DNA of 64,000 nt. Origin: SAR86 cluster bacterium. Lineage in GTDB: Bacteria; Pseudomonadota; Gammaproteobacteria; Magnimaribacterales; TMED112. The stretch lies in the NCBI GenBank assembly GCA_003331605.1, contig QOPD01000003.1:11716-75715 (forward strand), in the 5' to 3' direction. A program made the position numbers and the translations under genes. Below the pieces are notes generated by a model that was not told where the DNA came from, did not search any database, and worked only from the letters and a program-made list of their open reading frames with translations. This document shows, one piece after another, positions 60,313 to 64,000 of the stretch (positions are counted from its first letter, which is position 1; every line of letters begins with the position of its first letter).

Positions 60313-61915
60313 TTTGGATTACACTATCGTTGGAATCTATGCAGTTGCATTAATTGCTATCGCAACATTTATTTCTCTCAATAAGTCAGGAGAGAAGAAA
60401 ACAGCTGAAGATTACTTCTTAGCTGGTCGCTCCTTACCATGGTGGGCTATTGGAACATCTTTAATTGCCGCAAATATTGCTGCAGATCAGATTATTGGCA
60501 TGAATGGAGATGCTTATGCTATGGGTATTGCCATTGCAACATATGAATGGACTGCTGCTATAGCTTTGATAGTTGTGGGTAAATTTTTGCTTCCCGTCTA
60601 TTTAAAACAGAAGGTTTTTACAATGCCTCAACTTCTGTCCCAAAGATACGATCAAACTGTAAGCATAATGTTGGCCATCTTAATGTTGATAATGTATGTA
60701 ATGGTCATTTTGCCAACCATACTTTGGTTGGGTGCGAAAGCGGTAAACAATCTTACAGGACTTGAGCTCATTCCAGCAATGATTCTACTCGGATTGTTAT
60801 CACTGGCTTACTCTTTGTATGGCGGTCTGAAGGCAGTGGCTTTTACAGATATTATACAAGTGACACTATTAATATTTGCTGGTCTTTTTGTTTCCTATGT
60901 TGGGCTAAATGCGATATCAGATGGTGCTGGAGTGGTAGAAGGCTTCATGATTCTGCAAAGTGAATTTCCTGAAAAGTTTGATGCTTTATTGCCTTATGCA
61001 TCGCAATCTGAAAACCCTGAAGCATATGGTAATTATGTTAGATTGCCAGGTATATGGGTTCTGATTGGTGGTATGTGGATAGCACACTTTTATTATTGGG
61101 GAACAAACCAATACATCACTCAAAGAGCTTTGGGCGGCAAAAGCTTAAACGAAGCTCAGAATGGCTTAATGTTTGCTGGTTTTTTAAAGCTTTTAATGCC
61201 TGTAGTTGTTGTTTTGCCAGGTTTAATCGCGGTATCGCTTGAAGGGAGTGCCATACCATCTCTTGAAGGAGATAGATCCAGAGCATATCCTTCAATGCTT
61301 TCATTGCTACCAAATGGAATCTTAGGGCTTACTTTTGCTGCATTGGTTGCAGCCATAGTTTCTTCTCTTGCCTCATTAACTAACAGTTTAAGTACAATCT
61401 TCACTATGGATATTTATAGAAATTACAACGATGTTGGTGATGATCAACTGGTAGGAGTTGGTAGAAAAGTTGGTTTAGTTGGTCTCGCAATATCTATATT
61501 TGTTGCACCTATTTTTCTTGGTAGTTTAGATTCTGCTTTCCAATACGTTCAAGAATATATGGGATTGTTTAGTCCCGTAATCTTATTTGTCTTTCTTTCA
61601 GCAATATTTTTCAAAAATTCCACTTCGAGATCAGTATTATGGGGTTCACTTGTTGCATTAGTGGCTGGAGTTGTCCTTAAGCTCTATGTGGCAAACACAC
61701 AAGAATCATTAATTGAACCGTTTATGCACCAAATGGCAATTTCATTTTTTCTTGCTTTTGTTGTCAGTGCAATATTGTCTCCATCAAGTGAAAATGCTAA
61801 AACATTTAAATTAGAAGCTAGTGATTTTCAAACATCCAAATTATTCAATGTTGGCTCAAGTTTAATACTAATAGTGATTGCTGGTATCTACATTTATTTT
61901 GATGGCTCGTTTTAA
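60305..61915 (+). CDS. Sodium:sugar symporter (SSS, vSGLT-like)
   Basis: YFLAGRSLPWW, YGGLKAVAFTD, NQYITQR. Confidence 0.92.
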   Translation: MNSLDYTIVGIYAVALIAIATFISLNKSGEKKTAEDYFLAGRSLPWWAIGTSLIAANIAADQIIGMNGDAYAMGIAIATYEWTAAIALIVVGKFLLPVYLKQKVFTMPQLLSQRYDQTVSIMLAILMLIMYVMVILPTILWLGAKAVNNLTGLELIPAMILLGLLSLAYSLYGGLKAVAFTDIIQVTLLIFAGLFVSYVGLNAISDGAGVVEGFMILQSEFPEKFDALLPYASQSENPEAYGNYVRLPGIWVLIGGMWIAHFYYWGTNQYITQRALGGKSLNEAQNGLMFAGFLKLLMPVVVVLPGLIAVSLEGSAIPSLEGDRSRAYPSMLSLLPNGILGLTFAALVAAIVSSLASLTNSLSTIFTMDIYRNYNDVGDDQLVGVGRKVGLVGLAISIFVAPIFLGSLDSAFQYVQEYMGLFSPVILFVFLSAIFFKNSTSRSVLWGSLVALVAGVVLKLYVANTQESLIEPFMHQMAISFFLAFVVSAILSPSSENAKTFKLEASDFQTSKLFNVGSSLILIVIAGIYIYFDGSF

Positions 61916-61936
61916 ACCTAGCTAGGAAGTTATATT

Positions 61937-64000
61937 ATGAAAAAAATCTTTGCTTTACTGTTTTTGCTCCAAATCTCAATAGCCTCCGAGGTTAATTGGG
62001 ACCGACCCAATTTTTGCCCTACAGGCGATATTGCCGAAGTCGAAAAAATTCTTCAATCAATGACAATTGAAGAAAAAGTTGGTCAGGTAATCATGGCAGA
62101 CTTGGATTTTGTTGTGCCATCCGATTTAAAAAAATACCCATTGGGAGGTATATTGAATGGTGGCAATACTTCTCCTCGCGGAAAATTAAAATCCACTCCA
62201 GCTGAATGGAAATCACTGGCCCAAGAATTTCACGATGTCTCAACAAATCGTGGTGGAGCCGAAATTCCTGTTTTATGGGGAACTGATGCGGTGCACGGCC
62301 ACAGCAATGTCATTGGAGCAACAATTTTTCCTCATAATATTGGTTTGGGAGCAACACAAAATACGGAATTATTGGAGTTGGTCGGTGCTGCTGTAGCTGA
62401 AGAGGTATTGGCTACAGGGCTATTTTGGACATTTGCTCCTACGGTTACTGTTCCACAAGATTATCGTTGGGGACGAACCTATGAAGGATATTCTGAAAGC
62501 CCAGAATTAGTAGCAAAATTAGGCAAAGCATTTGTTTATGGTTTGCAAGGGTCTGGCGATGAGTTCCTTGCTGAAAATCGAATTATTGGCACAGCAAAAC
62601 ATTTTCTCGGTGATGGGGGTACTTTTTTAGGAGTTGATCAAGGAGACACAAAAACAGATGAAGATTCATTAAGGTATGTTCACGGCACCTCTTACTTCGC
62701 TGCACTTGATGCCTGTGTGCAAACAGTGATGGCTAGCTTCAATTCATGGAATGGTTCTAAGCTGCATGGCAATGATTACCTTCTGACCGAAGTGCTAAAA
62801 AATAAAATGGAGTTTGATGGTTTTGTTGTAGGTGACTGGAATGGTCATGGGCAAGTTCCAGGGTGTTCGAATGCCAATTGTGCCGCTTCGTTTAACGCAG
62901 GCGTTGATATGTTTATGGTTCCTGAGGATTGGAAGGATTTATATAGAAATACCCTTAGACAAGCAAAGAACGGCGAGATAACTCAGGAGAGGCTTGATGA
63001 TGCTGTAAGACGTATTTTGCTAGTTAAAGAAAGAATGGGAATGTTCGATGGCCGACAACCTAAGGACACAAATTTCACAGAAGTTGGATTGCAAAAGAAT
63101 CGTGATGTATCTCGCCAAGCAGTAAGAGAGTCTCTAGTTCTGTTAAAAAACAATAACAACATATTACCCATCTCAAGAAGCGCTAAGATTCTAGTGGTTG
63201 GTAGTGACGCTGACTCTTTAAGAACACAAACTGGAGGTTGGACTCTTGACTGGCAAGGCGCAAATAATAACAATGATGATTTTCCAGGCAGCATTACTTT
63301 CTTGCAGGCTTTAAAAGAAATTACCCAAGGAAATGTTGATTATGTGGAAAATATCAGTTCTGTCAGCAAGTTTGACTACGACATTGCCATTGTTGCATAT
63401 GGAGAGCAGCCTTATGCAGAAGGAGTAGGCGATAGAAAGAATTTATCTTTTAACAGAACAGCGCAAATAGGTGCCCTATCATTATTAAAAGAGAAGGGTG
63501 TGCCAACGGTATCATTGTTTTTTTCCGGACGACCTCTATGGATGACAAGGGAAATCAACTTGTCAAACGCATTTGTAGCTGCTTGGTTGCCTGGAACAGA
63601 ATCTAGAGGAATGACAGACGTGTTGTTTATGAACGATATCGATGAAGTCAACTACGATATTAAAGGTAGGCTACCATTCAGTTGGCCTAAAACACCTTTT
63701 CAAGCAAATTTAAATTACTTTGATCCAGCCAGCGATCCCTTATTTGCTTTTGGTTATGGATTAAGTTACCAAGATAATGTTGAAGTGCCTTTATTTGATG
63801 AGAATGTTGATGAAGAACAGTTTTTTGGCAACGAAATTGATCTTTTGATTGGCTCGGTCACGGATAGATTTATTGGCTACATTCAAGAAAATAATCTGGC
63901 TCAAGTTCAGGTTGAAAACCAAACAAGCTCACAAAATTCATTGGTTACAACTGACTTAATAGATTCAGACAAACAAGACGATACATTAAGACTTGTTTTC
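61937..64000 (+). CDS. Exported GH3 beta-glucosidase / exo-beta-glucanase, runs off the window
   Basis: Not in the ORF track. MKKIFALL signal, EEKVGQ, DAVHGH, FPHNIGLGA, KHFLGDG, nucleophile VGDW, WLPG. Confidence 0.93.
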   Translation, partial: MKKIFALLFLLQISIASEVNWDRPNFCPTGDIAEVEKILQSMTIEEKVGQVIMADLDFVVPSDLKKYPLGGILNGGNTSPRGKLKSTPAEWKSLAQEFHDVSTNRGGAEIPVLWGTDAVHGHSNVIGATIFPHNIGLGATQNTELLELVGAAVAEEVLATGLFWTFAPTVTVPQDYRWGRTYEGYSESPELVAKLGKAFVYGLQGSGDEFLAENRIIGTAKHFLGDGGTFLGVDQGDTKTDEDSLRYVHGTSYFAALDACVQTVMASFNSWNGSKLHGNDYLLTEVLKNKMEFDGFVVGDWNGHGQVPGCSNANCAASFNAGVDMFMVPEDWKDLYRNTLRQAKNGEITQERLDDAVRRILLVKERMGMFDGRQPKDTNFTEVGLQKNRDVSRQAVRESLVLLKNNNNILPISRSAKILVVGSDADSLRTQTGGWTLDWQGANNNNDDFPGSITFLQALKEITQGNVDYVENISSVSKFDYDIAIVAYGEQPYAEGVGDRKNLSFNRTAQIGALSLLKEKGVPTVSLFFSGRPLWMTREINLSNAFVAAWLPGTESRGMTDVLFMNDIDEVNYDIKGRLPFSWPKTPFQANLNYFDPASDPLFAFGYGLSYQDNVEVPLFDENVDEEQFFGNEIDLLIGSVTDRFIGYIQENNLAQVQVENQTSSQNSLVTTDLIDSDKQDDTLRLVF

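Noticed and set aside
1-64000. CRISPR arrays, IS elements, integrases, prophage or defence genes
   Set aside because: No repeat-spacer arrays or such protein motifs seen by eye; almost all sequence is explained by host genes

Overview
An AT-rich, very compact chromosomal window from a marine gammaproteobacterium. The gene mix (proteorhodopsin, three TonB-dependent receptors, GH3/GH13 plus Na+/sugar symporter, tiny or overlapping intergenic gaps) suggests a SAR86-like streamlined organism; this is an inference. Content is mostly housekeeping: recX-dnaX-recR-dcd, purMN, hda, sppA, xseA, folD, clpP-clpX-lon-hupB-ppiD, fabI, gloB/rnhA-dnaQ-gltX, gap, asd-lysC and six tRNAs. No CRISPR array, transposase or integrase was seen. 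Three genes are missing from the ORF track: a partial TIGR02206/TMEM164-like gene at 1-252, a DUF2256 gene at 19306-19449 and a partial GH3 gene from 61937. The best leads are: (1) a thioesterase + blue proteorhodopsin islet bounded by a direct repeat of the tRNA-Val 3' end; (2) a ~77-nt candidate sRNA hairpin with an anti-Shine-Dalgarno loop in the sugar-utilisation locus; (3) an A9G slippery site with an immediate -1 stop in dnaX; (4) a GMC oxidoreductase sandwiched between two TMEM164-like paralogues; (5) a RimB-RimK fusion next to a TBDR-DASS-GGT operon; (6) a ROSE-like thermometer on ibpA and an 11-bp-periodic Pho-box-like array.
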